Origin: Anaerolineales bacterium
Lineage (GTDB): Bacteria; Chloroflexota; Anaerolineae; Anaerolineales; UBA11858
Assembly: GCA_024763275.1 (NCBI GenBank)
Contig: JANTFT010000003.1
Coordinates: 43,669-107,668, forward strand
Length of the DNA: 64,000 nucleotides
Direction of reading: 5' to 3'
Positions 18,497-28,969 of this stretch are shown in pieces. Made by a program: the position numbers and the translations under genes. The stretch's first letter is position 1. The number at the start of each line of letters is the position of its first letter. The notes beneath the pieces were generated by a model. It saw only the letters and a list, made by a program, of their open reading frames with translations, was not told the DNA's origin and ran no database searches.

Positions 18497-20158
18497 ATGA
18501 CTGACCTGTGGCACAGCCTGCATAGATCCGAGTTCAGCTATCTGAAAGCGGTCGCTGAAAGCTGGGGCTTGCCCTTTAACGCCCCCGACGCCCGCCAGGG
18601 GGTGGATCAGCTGGCTGAGGTCCTGCTCGCCAGTGATCTTCTGCTGGGAATCAAGGAGATCCTGTCTAAGGAGGAATTGCAGGCTCTGCTCTGGCTGGAT
18701 CAGCAGGGAGGCAGGGCGCCCTGGGACCAATTCACCCGCCAATTTGGTGAGATTCGCCAGGTGGGAGCCGGCCGGCTGGACCGGGAAAAGCCCTATCTCG
18801 ACCCCATCTCCCCGGCAGAAGGCCTGTGGTACCGCGCTCTGGTAGCCAGGGGGTTCTTCGACACAGAGACAGGTTTTCAGGAGTTTGCCTATCTGCCCCA
18901 GGACATCCGGGAGATCATCATGCCGCTGATCGATCCAGAGCGGATCTTCCAGGACCAGCCCCCTTTTTCCTGCCGGGTGGCTGCACAGCGGGAAAGGGAG
19001 TTCCAGGAGCTGGCCTCAACTGCCCTGCTGGATCATCTTCCCGCCCTGCTGGCGGGGCTGCGCATGGGCCTCGATCCCCGGATCCACCTGCCCGGTGTGA
19101 GTGATCTGGAGCTGGCTTTCTACAGCTATTTGGCCCAATCTGCCGGTCTGGTGGATGAGAGGGGGAAAGTCTCCCCGGAGAACATCCGCCAGTTTTTCGA
19201 GCTTGATGAAGGACAGGCGCTGGGAAAACTCTGGGCCAGCTGGAGGGAGAGCGCGGCGCCGGGAGAGCTGGGTATGGTGCCCGATTTCCAGATCGATGGA
19301 GAACTGGGGTTTGACCACCATCAGCTCCGGGTACGGGTAAATGGTTATTTAAAGGCTCTTGGTCCGGGAGAATGGTGGAGTATAGAATCTTTTATCGCCC
19401 AGGTGAAGGAACGCGATCCTGATTTTCTGCGCAGTGGCGGGGAATACGACAGCTGGTTCGTCCGGCGCCCGGAAAGCGATGAGTTCCTGGCTGGGTTCCA
19501 GCACTGGGATGAGGTAGAAGGGGACCTGCTGCGCTATTTCCTCAGCGGACCGCTGCACTGGCTGGGATTGATGGATCTGGGAGCGCCGGAAGAGGACAGT
19601 CGGCCGCTGGCATTTCGGCTTTCTGCTCTGTTCGAGGATTTTTCTGCAGGAAAGATCCCCTCCCTCCAGCCCGCAAAGCCTGACCGGATCCAGCTCCGTT
19701 CTCAGGGAGAGATCCGCATGACTCCTGCCGTCCCCCGTAAGATCCGCTACCAGATCGCCCGCTTCTGTGACTGGTACCCGCTGAAAGCGGAGGCCTATCA
19801 GTTCCGGATCTCACCTGCCTCCCTGGCCAGGGCGGAAAAACAGGGACTCCGGGTAGCCCATCTGCTTTCCCTGCTGGAAAATCATGCCGAAGCCATACCT
19901 CCCAACATCCTGGCGGCTCTGCAGCGCTGGGAAAAGCAGGGCACCCAGGCTTCAATAGGGAGCAGATTGGTGATGAGGGTGGGGTCTCCGGCTGTCCTTA
20001 AAGCTTTGAAGAGATCAAAAGCCAGCCGCTATATCCTGGAACAGCTGGGACCGACTGCCGTGATCATCCGTCCAGGCAGCCAGGACAAAGTCGCCCAGGC
20101 TTTGATCGAATTGGGGTTCTTCATCATGATCGAGGATCAGAGCGGTTCCCAGACCTGA
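18497..20158 (+). CDS. Protein with a C-terminal XPB-type helicase-associated domain
   Basis: C-terminal YQFRISPASLARA...IPPNILAALQRW; no Walker motifs. Confidence 0.65.
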   Translation: MTDLWHSLHRSEFSYLKAVAESWGLPFNAPDARQGVDQLAEVLLASDLLLGIKEILSKEELQALLWLDQQGGRAPWDQFTRQFGEIRQVGAGRLDREKPYLDPISPAEGLWYRALVARGFFDTETGFQEFAYLPQDIREIIMPLIDPERIFQDQPPFSCRVAAQREREFQELASTALLDHLPALLAGLRMGLDPRIHLPGVSDLELAFYSYLAQSAGLVDERGKVSPENIRQFFELDEGQALGKLWASWRESAAPGELGMVPDFQIDGELGFDHHQLRVRVNGYLKALGPGEWWSIESFIAQVKERDPDFLRSGGEYDSWFVRRPESDEFLAGFQHWDEVEGDLLRYFLSGPLHWLGLMDLGAPEEDSRPLAFRLSALFEDFSAGKIPSLQPAKPDRIQLRSQGEIRMTPAVPRKIRYQIARFCDWYPLKAEAYQFRISPASLARAEKQGLRVAHLLSLLENHAEAIPPNILAALQRWEKQGTQASIGSRLVMRVGSPAVLKALKRSKASRYILEQLGPTAVIIRPGSQDKVAQALIELGFFIMIEDQSGSQT

Positions 20159-20859
20159 TAGAGACTCAAATCCCCTTCTTTTCCGTCTGAATAAAAGCTT
20201 TCCAGAATCTTAAAGCCCCCTTTTTCAGCCAGACCGGTAAGCTCCTCAGGTGTGAAGTGGTGCAGATAGCGAATGCCTGAGCCGCCGCGCCGCCAATCCA
20301 GCAGGTAGTCCCCTTCCTCAACGTCTTCTTCGCTAAGGCCCACTCTGTCCCAGTCCAGGGTTCTGCTCCGGAAACGCTCGCTCTTCAGGAACTGCCAGTT
20401 GGAGAGGTAGAACTTTCCCCGCTCATCCAGGTTGCGGTGGATGTTCCTGACCACTTCTAGACGCAGATCCCGGGATGGGATATGGTGCAGAGCAGCGAAA
20501 CAGAGGATCACCTCAAATGTGTCCCCGGGCAGGGAGGCTGACCAATCCTCCTGGGCCAGGTTCAGGGGGGTGAATTCTACCTGGAAGGTCGCTGGTTTTT
20601 CCCGGGAGGCCTCTTCCAGTAGGGCCGGGCTGAAGTCCGTGCCCAGGTAAGAGCCCCGAAAGCCGGCGGCAGCCAGCTGACGGGCCAGCTGGCCGTTGCC
20701 GCAGCCCAGGTCTAGGATGGAAGTTGTTGGGGGGAGCTGGTCCAGAACCCTCATGACACCCGGCTGCACCCGCCCCCGGGTTTCCGAAAAGTCAGAGGCG
20801 AAGCTTTGGTAAAATTGGTAGTTGAGGGCCAGAATTCTTTGGGCGACCGTGGATTCCAT
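20137..20859 (-). CDS. Class I SAM-dependent methyltransferase, Trm9/ALKBH8-like
   Basis: FSETR, ILDLGCGNG, AALHHIPSRDLR, RYLHHFTPEEL; TATAAT 6 nt upstream of the ATG suggests a leaderless mRNA. Confidence 0.8.
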   Translation of the reverse strand: MESTVAQRILALNYQFYQSFASDFSETRGRVQPGVMRVLDQLPPTTSILDLGCGNGQLARQLAAAGFRGSYLGTDFSPALLEEASREKPATFQVEFTPLNLAQEDWSASLPGDTFEVILCFAALHHIPSRDLRLEVVRNIHRNLDERGKFYLSNWQFLKSERFRSRTLDWDRVGLSEEDVEEGDYLLDWRRGGSGIRYLHHFTPEELTGLAEKGGFKILESFYSDGKEGDLSLYQVWEPL

Positions 20860-20931
20860 GTTGGTATTATACGCTATGGAGAACTGGCCGCTCTGCATCG
20901 GGGCAGAACGAGATCAATGTGATGGTTGACT

Positions 20932-22542
20932 ATGACTGATGGGACAGAGCAGAGGAAAGCGGAAGGAGCGGCCTATTCCCGGCAGGAGCTGGAATTGGCA
21001 GCCCGGACTCTGGCAGAGATCGAGTCCGGGGTGGATGTGTTTAAAGCCATCCGCCACCATCCTCTGCCGGGTGGGGAGGGCTTTTTAAGCAAGCACGCCC
21101 TGATCACAGCTTACCGCCAGCAGGTGCGCAGCGGCGAGAGGGAAGAGGATCAGGTGCTGCTCAAAAAGATTCGTTTGAAACCGATGCGGACCCAGTCAGG
21201 TGTGACCACGGTCACTGTGCTGACCAAGCCCTTTCCCTGTCCCGGGAAGTGCATCTTCTGCCCGAATTATGAGGAGATGCCGGTCAGCTACCTGCCGGAT
21301 GAACCCGGGGCTATGCGGGCTTTATTCCATGCCTATGATCCCTATACCCAGGTAGCTTCCCGCATCGAGGCTCTGCATGAGATCGGCCATCCCACAGACA
21401 AGATCGAATTGCTGATCCTGGGTGGATCCTGGACTGCCTATGACCGGGATTACCAGACCTGGTTCATCAAGCGCTGTTTCGATGCCATGAACGGGGTGGA
21501 TTCCGAAACGCTGGCAGAAGCCCAGGCTTACAACGAAACTGCCCGGCACAAGAACGTGGGCCTGGTTCTGGAAACCAGGCCTGATCTGATCACACAAGAA
21601 GAGCTGATCCGGATGAGGAGTTATGGGGTGACCAAGTTGCAAATGGGTGTGCAGAGTTTGGACGACCACATTCTGGCTCTCAATCAGCGCGGGCATACAG
21701 TCGAGCAAGCCAGGCAGGGTGTGGCACTGCTGCGCTCGGCCGGATTCAAGATCGTCCTGCACTGGATGCCCAATTTACTGGGGGCGACCCTGGAGTCCGA
21801 TCGAGAGGATTTTCAGCGCCTGTGGGTGGATTTTTCACCAGATGAGATCAAGATCTACCCCACGCAGCTGCTCAGGAACACCGGGTTGTATGAGGTCTGG
21901 AAACGGGGAGAATACCGCCCCTACACCACGGAAGAGCTGATTCAGCTGATTGCCGACTTGAAGGTCACCATCCCCCGCTACTGCCGGGTCAACCGTGTTG
22001 TCCGGGACATTCCTTCTCAAAACGTGGTGGAAGGCAACAAGCGCACCAGCCTGCGCCAGGATATCCAGAAGGAGCTGGCCAGCCGGGGTCAGTCCTGCTC
22101 CTGCATTCGCTGCCGGGAGGTGAAAGGCCAGCTGATCGAGGTTGAGAACCTCCAGTTAAGCGATCTGGAGTACACCAGCAATGGCTGCCAGGAACATTTT
22201 CTATCCTTTAATACCCCGGATGATTCTCTAGCGGGATTCCTGCGCTTGAGCCTACCCGGCCCGGATGCCGCTGATCCCGGTATTCCAGAGCTGAAAGGCG
22301 CGGCCATTATTCGGGAGGTCCATGTTTACGGGGAGTCTCTGCCGGTTGGCAGGGAAGAGAGTGGGGCAGCCCAGCATGCTGGACTGGGGACAGCATTGCT
22401 GGTGGAGGCTGAACGCATCGCCAGGGGAAGGGGGTTCAGAACCATCGCTGTCATCTCCGCTGTTGGTACCAGGGAATATTACCTCGATCGCGGTTACCAC
22501 CGGGGAGAATTGTACCTGTTGAAAGACCTTGCTGTGAAGTGA
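20932..22542 (+). CDS. elp3: Elp3 tRNA U34 carboxymethyltransferase (radical SAM + KAT)
   Basis: RTQSGV, CPGKCIFCP, ETRPD, KIYPT, CIRCRE, REVHVYG, QHAGLG, ISAVGTREYY. Confidence 0.93.
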   Translation: MTDGTEQRKAEGAAYSRQELELAARTLAEIESGVDVFKAIRHHPLPGGEGFLSKHALITAYRQQVRSGEREEDQVLLKKIRLKPMRTQSGVTTVTVLTKPFPCPGKCIFCPNYEEMPVSYLPDEPGAMRALFHAYDPYTQVASRIEALHEIGHPTDKIELLILGGSWTAYDRDYQTWFIKRCFDAMNGVDSETLAEAQAYNETARHKNVGLVLETRPDLITQEELIRMRSYGVTKLQMGVQSLDDHILALNQRGHTVEQARQGVALLRSAGFKIVLHWMPNLLGATLESDREDFQRLWVDFSPDEIKIYPTQLLRNTGLYEVWKRGEYRPYTTEELIQLIADLKVTIPRYCRVNRVVRDIPSQNVVEGNKRTSLRQDIQKELASRGQSCSCIRCREVKGQLIEVENLQLSDLEYTSNGCQEHFLSFNTPDDSLAGFLRLSLPGPDAADPGIPELKGAAIIREVHVYGESLPVGREESGAAQHAGLGTALLVEAERIARGRGFRTIAVISAVGTREYYLDRGYHRGELYLLKDLAVK

Positions 22543-22607
22543 AAAACCAGGAGGCGACCCCCAGGCTGGCCCTCCGTTTTCAGTCTTCAATCCCCAATTT
22601 TCAATTA

Positions 22608-23594
22608 TTAATATTCAATCTCACTGATGGGGTTGAGCTTATCAAAGTTGTGTTTGCCGTCAATCCAGCGCACCGTTCCGGTTTTCCCCCGGATGACCAG
22701 GCTGTGGGTTTCCGCTCCCTGGCCGGTGTAGCGCACACCTGAGAGCAGTTCGCCATCAGTGATGCCGGTGGCCGCAAAGAAGACATCTTCAGAGGAAACC
22801 AGATCGTCCATGGTGATGACCTGGTCCAGATTCATCCCCATTTCCAGGCCCAGCTTCTTTTCCTTCTCGTGCCTGATATAGATCTTGCCCTGTATTTCAC
22901 CGCCCATGGCTCGCAGGGCGCAGGCGGCCAGCACGCCCTCCGGCGTGCCGCCGATGCCCAGCAGGGCGTCGATGCCCGATTCTGGCAGACAGGTCATCAA
23001 AGCCCCCGCCACGTCCCCGTCCGGGATCAGGCGGATCCTGGCGCCGATCTGGCGGACCCGGGCAATCAGGTCCTCATGCCTGGGGCGCTGCAGGATGATC
23101 ACGGTGACATCCTTGATATGCTTGCCCTCGGAGTCAGCGATCACCTTGAGGTTGTCCTCCAAGGGAGCCTCGATGTCAATTTTCCCTGCTGCCAGCGGAC
23201 CGACCGCGATCTTGTCCATATAGACAAAAGGACCCGGATTGAACATGGTCCCGCGAGGGGCGATGGATACAGTGGCGATGGAATTCAGGAATCCGTTGGC
23301 AAGCGGCCTGGTGCCATCGATGGGATCGACCGCCAGGTCGACCAGGGGAGGCTTTCCCGTTCCCACAACCTCGCCGTTGAAGAGCATGGGAGCTTCATCC
23401 TTTTCCCCCTCGCCGATCACAACCACGGCGTCCATGTCAATGGAGTTGAGCACCAGGCGCATGGCATCCACGGCGGCTTTATCGGCCGCTTCCTTTTGTC
23501 CGCGGCCCATGAATCTGCCGGCAGCCAGGGCCGCTGCCTCTGTGACGCGGACCAGTTCCAGAGCCAGGTTTCGAGTTGGTTTTTGGGTGTTCAT
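22608..23594 (-). CDS. glpX: Class II fructose-1,6-bisphosphatase
   Basis: RVTEAAAL, IGEGEKDEAPML, DPIDGT, GGTPEGV, ATGITDG. Confidence 0.95.
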   Translation of the reverse strand: MNTQKPTRNLALELVRVTEAAALAAGRFMGRGQKEAADKAAVDAMRLVLNSIDMDAVVVIGEGEKDEAPMLFNGEVVGTGKPPLVDLAVDPIDGTRPLANGFLNSIATVSIAPRGTMFNPGPFVYMDKIAVGPLAAGKIDIEAPLEDNLKVIADSEGKHIKDVTVIILQRPRHEDLIARVRQIGARIRLIPDGDVAGALMTCLPESGIDALLGIGGTPEGVLAACALRAMGGEIQGKIYIRHEKEKKLGLEMGMNLDQVITMDDLVSSEDVFFAATGITDGELLSGVRYTGQGAETHSLVIRGKTGTVRWIDGKHNFDKLNPISEIEY

Positions 23595-23601
23595 ACAAAC
23601 C

Positions 23602-24423
23602 TCACTGAAGGAAAAAAATGGAAATCAGATAATAACCGATCGGTGCTGCCCAGAGCAGGGAATCCAGCCTGTCAAACACGCCCCCATGCCCTGGGAATAT
23701 GGTTCCAGAATCCTTCTCTCCGGCCTGCCTTTTGATCAGGCTCTCGGTCAGGTCACCCAGGGGGATGAAGGCAGAAACGACCAGTCCCAGCAGGGCGCCT
23801 TCCAGGATGGAAATCTCCAATCCTGCCTGGAAAGCCCGGTTGTAGAGAAAAGTCAATCCCGGACTGGCGATGATCCCGGCCAGGACCCCACCAAAATAGC
23901 CTTCCCAGGTTTTATTAGGACTGGTTTTAGGTGCTAATTTGTGTTTTCCAAAGGCCGTGCCGACCAGATAGGCCGCGGTGTCCGCGATCCATACTGTGGG
24001 AAGGACCACAAAGGTCCACCAGCGGCCGTTTTCCAGGGCGCGCAGGGAGATCAAATACGATCCCAGGAAGCCGACATATACCAGGATGCTCAGAGTGGAA
24101 CCAAAATCCGTGGCAGGTCGGGAATCCTGACGTTCATATTCCAGGATGTGGCAGGCTGCTGCCAGGAAGATCAGGGCTGTCAGTAGAGCTGCCAGGTAGC
24201 TAAATCCGAACAGTGCCCGGGCAGCCGCCAGCAGGATCACGCCTGCTATGGTCAGAACCAGAGCGGGCCGCAGGTTGATCTTTCTCAGCAGATGGATGTA
24301 TTCCCAGGCAGCCGCAGCCAAAAGCAGGATGATGACCGCCTGGTAGGGATACCCTCCCAGGTAGATGGCTGCTACGGCTAACGGGATGAGGACCGCGGCG
24401 ACGAGGGTGCGTGTTCCCATCAT
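23602..24423 (-). CDS. cdsA: Phosphatidate cytidylyltransferase
   Basis: SPNKTWEG, KDSGTIFPGHGGVFDRLDS. Confidence 0.95.
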   Translation of the reverse strand: MMGTRTLVAAVLIPLAVAAIYLGGYPYQAVIILLLAAAAWEYIHLLRKINLRPALVLTIAGVILLAAARALFGFSYLAALLTALIFLAAACHILEYERQDSRPATDFGSTLSILVYVGFLGSYLISLRALENGRWWTFVVLPTVWIADTAAYLVGTAFGKHKLAPKTSPNKTWEGYFGGVLAGIIASPGLTFLYNRAFQAGLEISILEGALLGLVVSAFIPLGDLTESLIKRQAGEKDSGTIFPGHGGVFDRLDSLLWAAPIGYYLISIFFLQ

Positions 24424-24429
24424 GGGAAA

Positions 24430-25161
24430 TTAACTTCCCTTTTCTGTTTTGATTTTCCCATAACGGCGGTCTCGCTGGCTGTAAACGGCCAGCGCCTGGT
24501 AGAGGTCTTCTCTGCCAAAATCGGGCCAGTAGGTCGGGGTGAAATACCACTCGGAATAAGCTCCCTGCCAGATCAGGAAATTGCTGCAGCGGTATTCTCC
24601 GGAGGTGCGGATGATCAAGTCCGGGTCAGGACAGCTGGCGGAATAAAGGTATTCACTTATCAGGTCTTCTGTGACCTCATCGGGGGTATGCCCATCGGCC
24701 AGGATGCCTTTGACCGCCTGGATGATCTCATCCCTGCCGCCGTAATTGAAAGCGATGTTCAGGATCAGGGTCTGGTTGTCTTTGGTAAGATCGATTGCCT
24801 CCAGAACTTTCTTTTTCAATGCGTTGTCGATGCCTTCCAGACGGCCAAAGTGGCGCAGCTGGACCCCATTCTCATGCAGGTTTTTCAGCTCGCGGTCCAG
24901 CATTGTCCGGAAGATGTGCATCAAGCCCTGGATCTCGTCCTGGGGGCGCTTCCAATTTTCTGTGGAAAAAGCGTAAATAGTCAGGTACTTGATCCCAAAC
25001 TCAACGCTGGCCTCGATCACCTCCCGTAAATTTTCAGTGCCTGCCCGGTGGCCGGCTACGCGGGGAAGGCCCTTTTCAAGAGCCCAGCGGCCGTTGCCAT
25101 CCATGATAATGGCCACATGTGTGGGAACTACGGCAAGCTTATCCAAATCTTTTTTAGCCAT
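24430..25161 (-). CDS. uppS: Undecaprenyl diphosphate synthase (cis-prenyltransferase)
   Basis: IMDGNGRWA, FSTENWKR, RTSGEYRCSNFLIWQ. Confidence 0.95.
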   Translation of the reverse strand: MAKKDLDKLAVVPTHVAIIMDGNGRWALEKGLPRVAGHRAGTENLREVIEASVEFGIKYLTIYAFSTENWKRPQDEIQGLMHIFRTMLDRELKNLHENGVQLRHFGRLEGIDNALKKKVLEAIDLTKDNQTLILNIAFNYGGRDEIIQAVKGILADGHTPDEVTEDLISEYLYSASCPDPDLIIRTSGEYRCSNFLIWQGAYSEWYFTPTYWPDFGREDLYQALAVYSQRDRRYGKIKTEKGS

Positions 25162-25250
25162 TTATATAATGATTTGTGCCTTGGTCTTGTATTTTAATGA
25201 TAACCAGCAGCTCCGTTCAGAAAAGGACTGTCAAAGCGGGTCGGAAAACC

Positions 25251-25808
25251 CTATACTTCCATGATTTCATTCTCTTTGCGTTTGCAGAGGTCGTCGATCT
25301 TCTTAATGAAATCATCGGTGATTTCCTGAACCCGTTCTTCCCCCCGGTGCAGATCGTCCTCCGTGATCAATTTTTCATCTTCAAATTCGCGCAGGTCGCG
25401 AATGCTGTCCCTGCGGATATTGCGGATGGCGATGCGGGCATCTTCAGCTTTTACACCCACAATCTTGACCAGGTCCTTCCTTCTCTCTTCCGTGGGTGTG
25501 GGCAGGACCAGGCGGATGTTCTCACCATCGTTGTTGGGTGTCAGGCCCAGATCTGATTTCAGGATGGCTTTCTCTATATTTTTAAGAGAAGAGGGATCAT
25601 AAGGCCTGATCAGCAGAGAGCGGGATTCGGGAACGCTGATACCTGCCAGTTCCTGGAGCGGGGTCAAGGTGCCGTAATACTCGATAGGCAGCTGTTCGAC
25701 CAGGGTAGGATTGGCCCGACCGGTCCGGATTCCGTTCAATTCCTGGATGTACACACCAACGGCTTTTTCCATCCGCTCTTCAGTTTCTTTGTAAATCTCC
25801 GCTAGCAT
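25251..25808 (-). CDS. frr: Ribosome recycling factor
   Basis: RTGRANP, GLTPNNDG, AIRNIRRD; GGAGG RBS before 25808. Confidence 0.95.
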   Translation of the reverse strand: MLAEIYKETEERMEKAVGVYIQELNGIRTGRANPTLVEQLPIEYYGTLTPLQELAGISVPESRSLLIRPYDPSSLKNIEKAILKSDLGLTPNNDGENIRLVLPTPTEERRKDLVKIVGVKAEDARIAIRNIRRDSIRDLREFEDEKLITEDDLHRGEERVQEITDDFIKKIDDLCKRKENEIMEV

Positions 25809-26070
25809 AATAAACCTCCCGGGTTCAATCTCAAAGCGGGGCAGGTAACTCACCCCTCATCAAAAGGCAGGCAACCGGTAAATCACACCTCTTATACTAT
25901 ACTCGATAAACTCAACTAGATAAAGGTCAGTGTGTTTGTCAGGCAGAGTGGTTCTATTATAATAAGTTTGGGAGGAGAAACAAGCTGACAGCTGTCACTG
26001 CCGGGGGTATCCAGTCCGGATTTGCCATGGCAGGAAAGGGCCAGGCCGGGAAGACTGCCTGCTGCCAGGA

Positions 26071-26872
<802 letters not shown>

Positions 26873-26882
26873 TATAAACCCT

Positions 26883-27485
26883 TTAATCAATGCTTTCACC
26901 GCGCTCCCAGCGCTCAAAGCGTCTGATGACGATATTTTCGCCAATCGAGGCGATTTTTTCGTGGAGCAATTCCTGGATGGTGAGATCCTCGTTCCGGATA
27001 TAGGTTTGTTCAAGCAGGCAGCTTTCAGATTTGAATTTCTCCACCATGCCTTCCAGGATCTTTTCAATGATGTTGTCCGGCTTGCCTTCTTCTTTGTAGC
27101 GAGCGCGAGCGATTTCCTTTTCGTGCTCAATGACGTCCTCTGGGATCTGATCGGCCTTGACCCATTTAGGGGCAGCGGCGGCGATCTGCAGGGCAACTTC
27201 GTGGGCAAACTCTCTGAATTCCTCGGAGCGGGCCACAAAATCAGTCTCACAGTTGACTTCCACCATCACGCCGACCCGCCCGTCTCCGTGGGAATAAAGC
27301 TCAATGATCCCTTCGGAAGCGTCCCGGTCAGAGCGTTTGGCAGCTTTGGCCAGACCCTTCTGCCTTAGATAATCCACCGCTTTGTCAAAATCGCCCTCAG
27401 AGTTTTCCAGGGCTTCCCGAACATCCAGGATGCCGGAGCCTGTCGCTTCGCGTAGTTTTTTGATCAGTTCTACAGAAATTGCCAT
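26883..27485 (-). CDS. tsf: Elongation factor Ts (short, about 200-aa form)
   Basis: KLREATG, EVNCETDFVA, ENIVIRRF. Confidence 0.96.
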   Translation of the reverse strand: MAISVELIKKLREATGSGILDVREALENSEGDFDKAVDYLRQKGLAKAAKRSDRDASEGIIELYSHGDGRVGVMVEVNCETDFVARSEEFREFAHEVALQIAAAAPKWVKADQIPEDVIEHEKEIARARYKEEGKPDNIIEKILEGMVEKFKSESCLLEQTYIRNEDLTIQELLHEKIASIGENIVIRRFERWERGESID

Positions 27486-27487
27486 CG

Positions 27488-28384
27488 TTATTCTGCCTCT
27501 TGGGCTCCTCCTTCTTCTTCCTCGACCGCTTTGTCCTCTACGATTTCAGGGACTTCAGCCGGTTCGGCTTCCTCTTCCTCTTCTTTCATTTTCGCCAGGG
27601 TGGAGGCGCCCAGCAGGTCCTCATCGCTGAGCTGGTCACGCATTTCCTCGGGCAGTTGGGCTTCAGCTTCCGCTGCTGCCATATCCGCCTCGTGATCCTT
27701 ACGCATGTTTATGCCCTCGCTGATCGCCTGGGTGATGATCCCGACGATCAATTGAATGCCGCGGATGGCATCATCGTTGGCGGGGATCACGTAATCGATG
27801 TTTTTGGGGTTGCAGTTGGTGTCGACCATGGCGATGACTGGGATCTTGAGCAAATTGGCTTCGTGGACGGGGATTTCCTCCCGGGAGACATCCACAACGA
27901 AAAGCAGATTTGGAAGGCCATCCATGTCGCGGATGCCGCCCAGGCGCCCTTCCAGGCGCTCGATTTCCCGGGTCATCCCCAGGGCTTCTTTCTTGGTGAA
28001 GATCTCAAACTCGCCCCGATCGCGCATAGCTTCCAGGCGCTCCAGCTCGTGGATGCGTTCCCGGATGGTCTGCCAGTTGGTCAGAGTGCCGCCCAGCCAG
28101 CGGCCGATCACGTAGGGCATGCCTACCTTTTCAGCGTTGGTCTTGATGATTTCCTGAGCCTGGCGTTTGGTGCCTACAAATAACACGGTTCCACCGCCAG
28201 TGACGGTGTCCCGGACTACTTTATAGGCTTCTTCCAGAGCCTGGACAGTCTGCTGCAGGTCAATGATGTGGATATCATTGCGGGCAGCAAAGATGTAGGG
28301 CTCCATGTATGGATTCCATTTCTGGGTCCTGTGACCGAAATGAACGCCGCTTTCCAACAGCTCTTTCATAGATACAATAGACAT
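27488..28384 (-). CDS. rpsB: 30S ribosomal protein S2 with acidic C-terminal tail
   Basis: LLESGVHFGH, RWLGGTLTN, PANDDAIR; start MSIVSM at 28384 behind AAGGAG. Confidence 0.96.
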   Translation of the reverse strand: MSIVSMKELLESGVHFGHRTQKWNPYMEPYIFAARNDIHIIDLQQTVQALEEAYKVVRDTVTGGGTVLFVGTKRQAQEIIKTNAEKVGMPYVIGRWLGGTLTNWQTIRERIHELERLEAMRDRGEFEIFTKKEALGMTREIERLEGRLGGIRDMDGLPNLLFVVDVSREEIPVHEANLLKIPVIAMVDTNCNPKNIDYVIPANDDAIRGIQLIVGIITQAISEGINMRKDHEADMAAAEAEAQLPEEMRDQLSDEDLLGASTLAKMKEEEEEAEPAEVPEIVEDKAVEEEEGGAQEAE

Positions 28385-28398
28385 AGTACGCTCCTTGC

Positions 28399-28477
28399 GT
28401 TTAGCCTCCGCTTCTGTCTTTCCTTCCGGGACCGGAGGGTTCTCCGGCACGCACCGTTGGGTCGAGAAGCGTGTGGG
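28399..28477 (-). promoter_or_regulatory. rpsB (S2) leader, likely autoregulatory RNA
   Basis: Minus strand CACACGCTTCT...GGTG...AGAAGCGGAGGCTAAAC; CGCTTCT/AGAAGCG stem with the ACAC/GGTG/GGAGG layout of known rpsB leaders; extended -10 TGaTATACT near 28516-28524. Confidence 0.6.
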
Positions 28478-28630
28478 ATACAAAATACGACCCGCAAGCT
28501 TGCGGGATCGAGAGCAGTATATCATGGGGGACTGTTTTCGTCTAGATAAGGGGAGCACAGCGGCAGACCGTTTCAGGTCGAGACTGTGTTACCCTAATAG
28601 GTGAAAAGCAGGCGTAAAACAGGAGGAAAG

Positions 28631-28888
28631 ATGACAGAAGAAGGCGTACGCAGGGAGGAGTTCAGGGTCAGCGGAGATGCCCTGGTAGAGAAGATCAAAG
28701 AGCTGGTCCGGCGGGGTAATATCCGCAGGATAATCATCAAGGACAGGGATGACAGGAACCTGCTGGACATTCCACTGACCGTGGGTGTGCTGGGCGCCTT
28801 GCTTGCTCCCCAGTTGGCTGCTCTGGGCGCCCTGGCGGCGCTGATCAGCGATGCCACCATCGTGGTGGAGATCGCCGAAAGGGATTAA
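28631..28888 (+). CDS. DUF4342 family protein
   Basis: EEFRVSGDALVEKIKELVRRGNIRRIIIK...IPLTVGV; AGGAGG RBS. Confidence 0.85.
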   Translation: MTEEGVRREEFRVSGDALVEKIKELVRRGNIRRIIIKDRDDRNLLDIPLTVGVLGALLAPQLAALGALAALISDATIVVEIAERD

Positions 28889-28922
28889 GTCCATTTAATA
28901 GGACTCGGTCCTTTGTCTGACG

Positions 28923-28951
28923 TTGACGCCCAGGCTGGCAGAGAGTATACT
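28923..28951 (+). promoter_or_regulatory. Sigma70-type promoter for the FMN riboswitch operon
   Basis: TTGACG-N17-TATACT. Confidence 0.8.
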
Positions 28952-28969
28952 TTGGGGTGAACGGTATAA

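Noticed and set aside
26883-27485. Apparently truncated EF-Ts (200 aa)
   Set aside because: The short form is an established EF-Ts variant; not a pseudogene.
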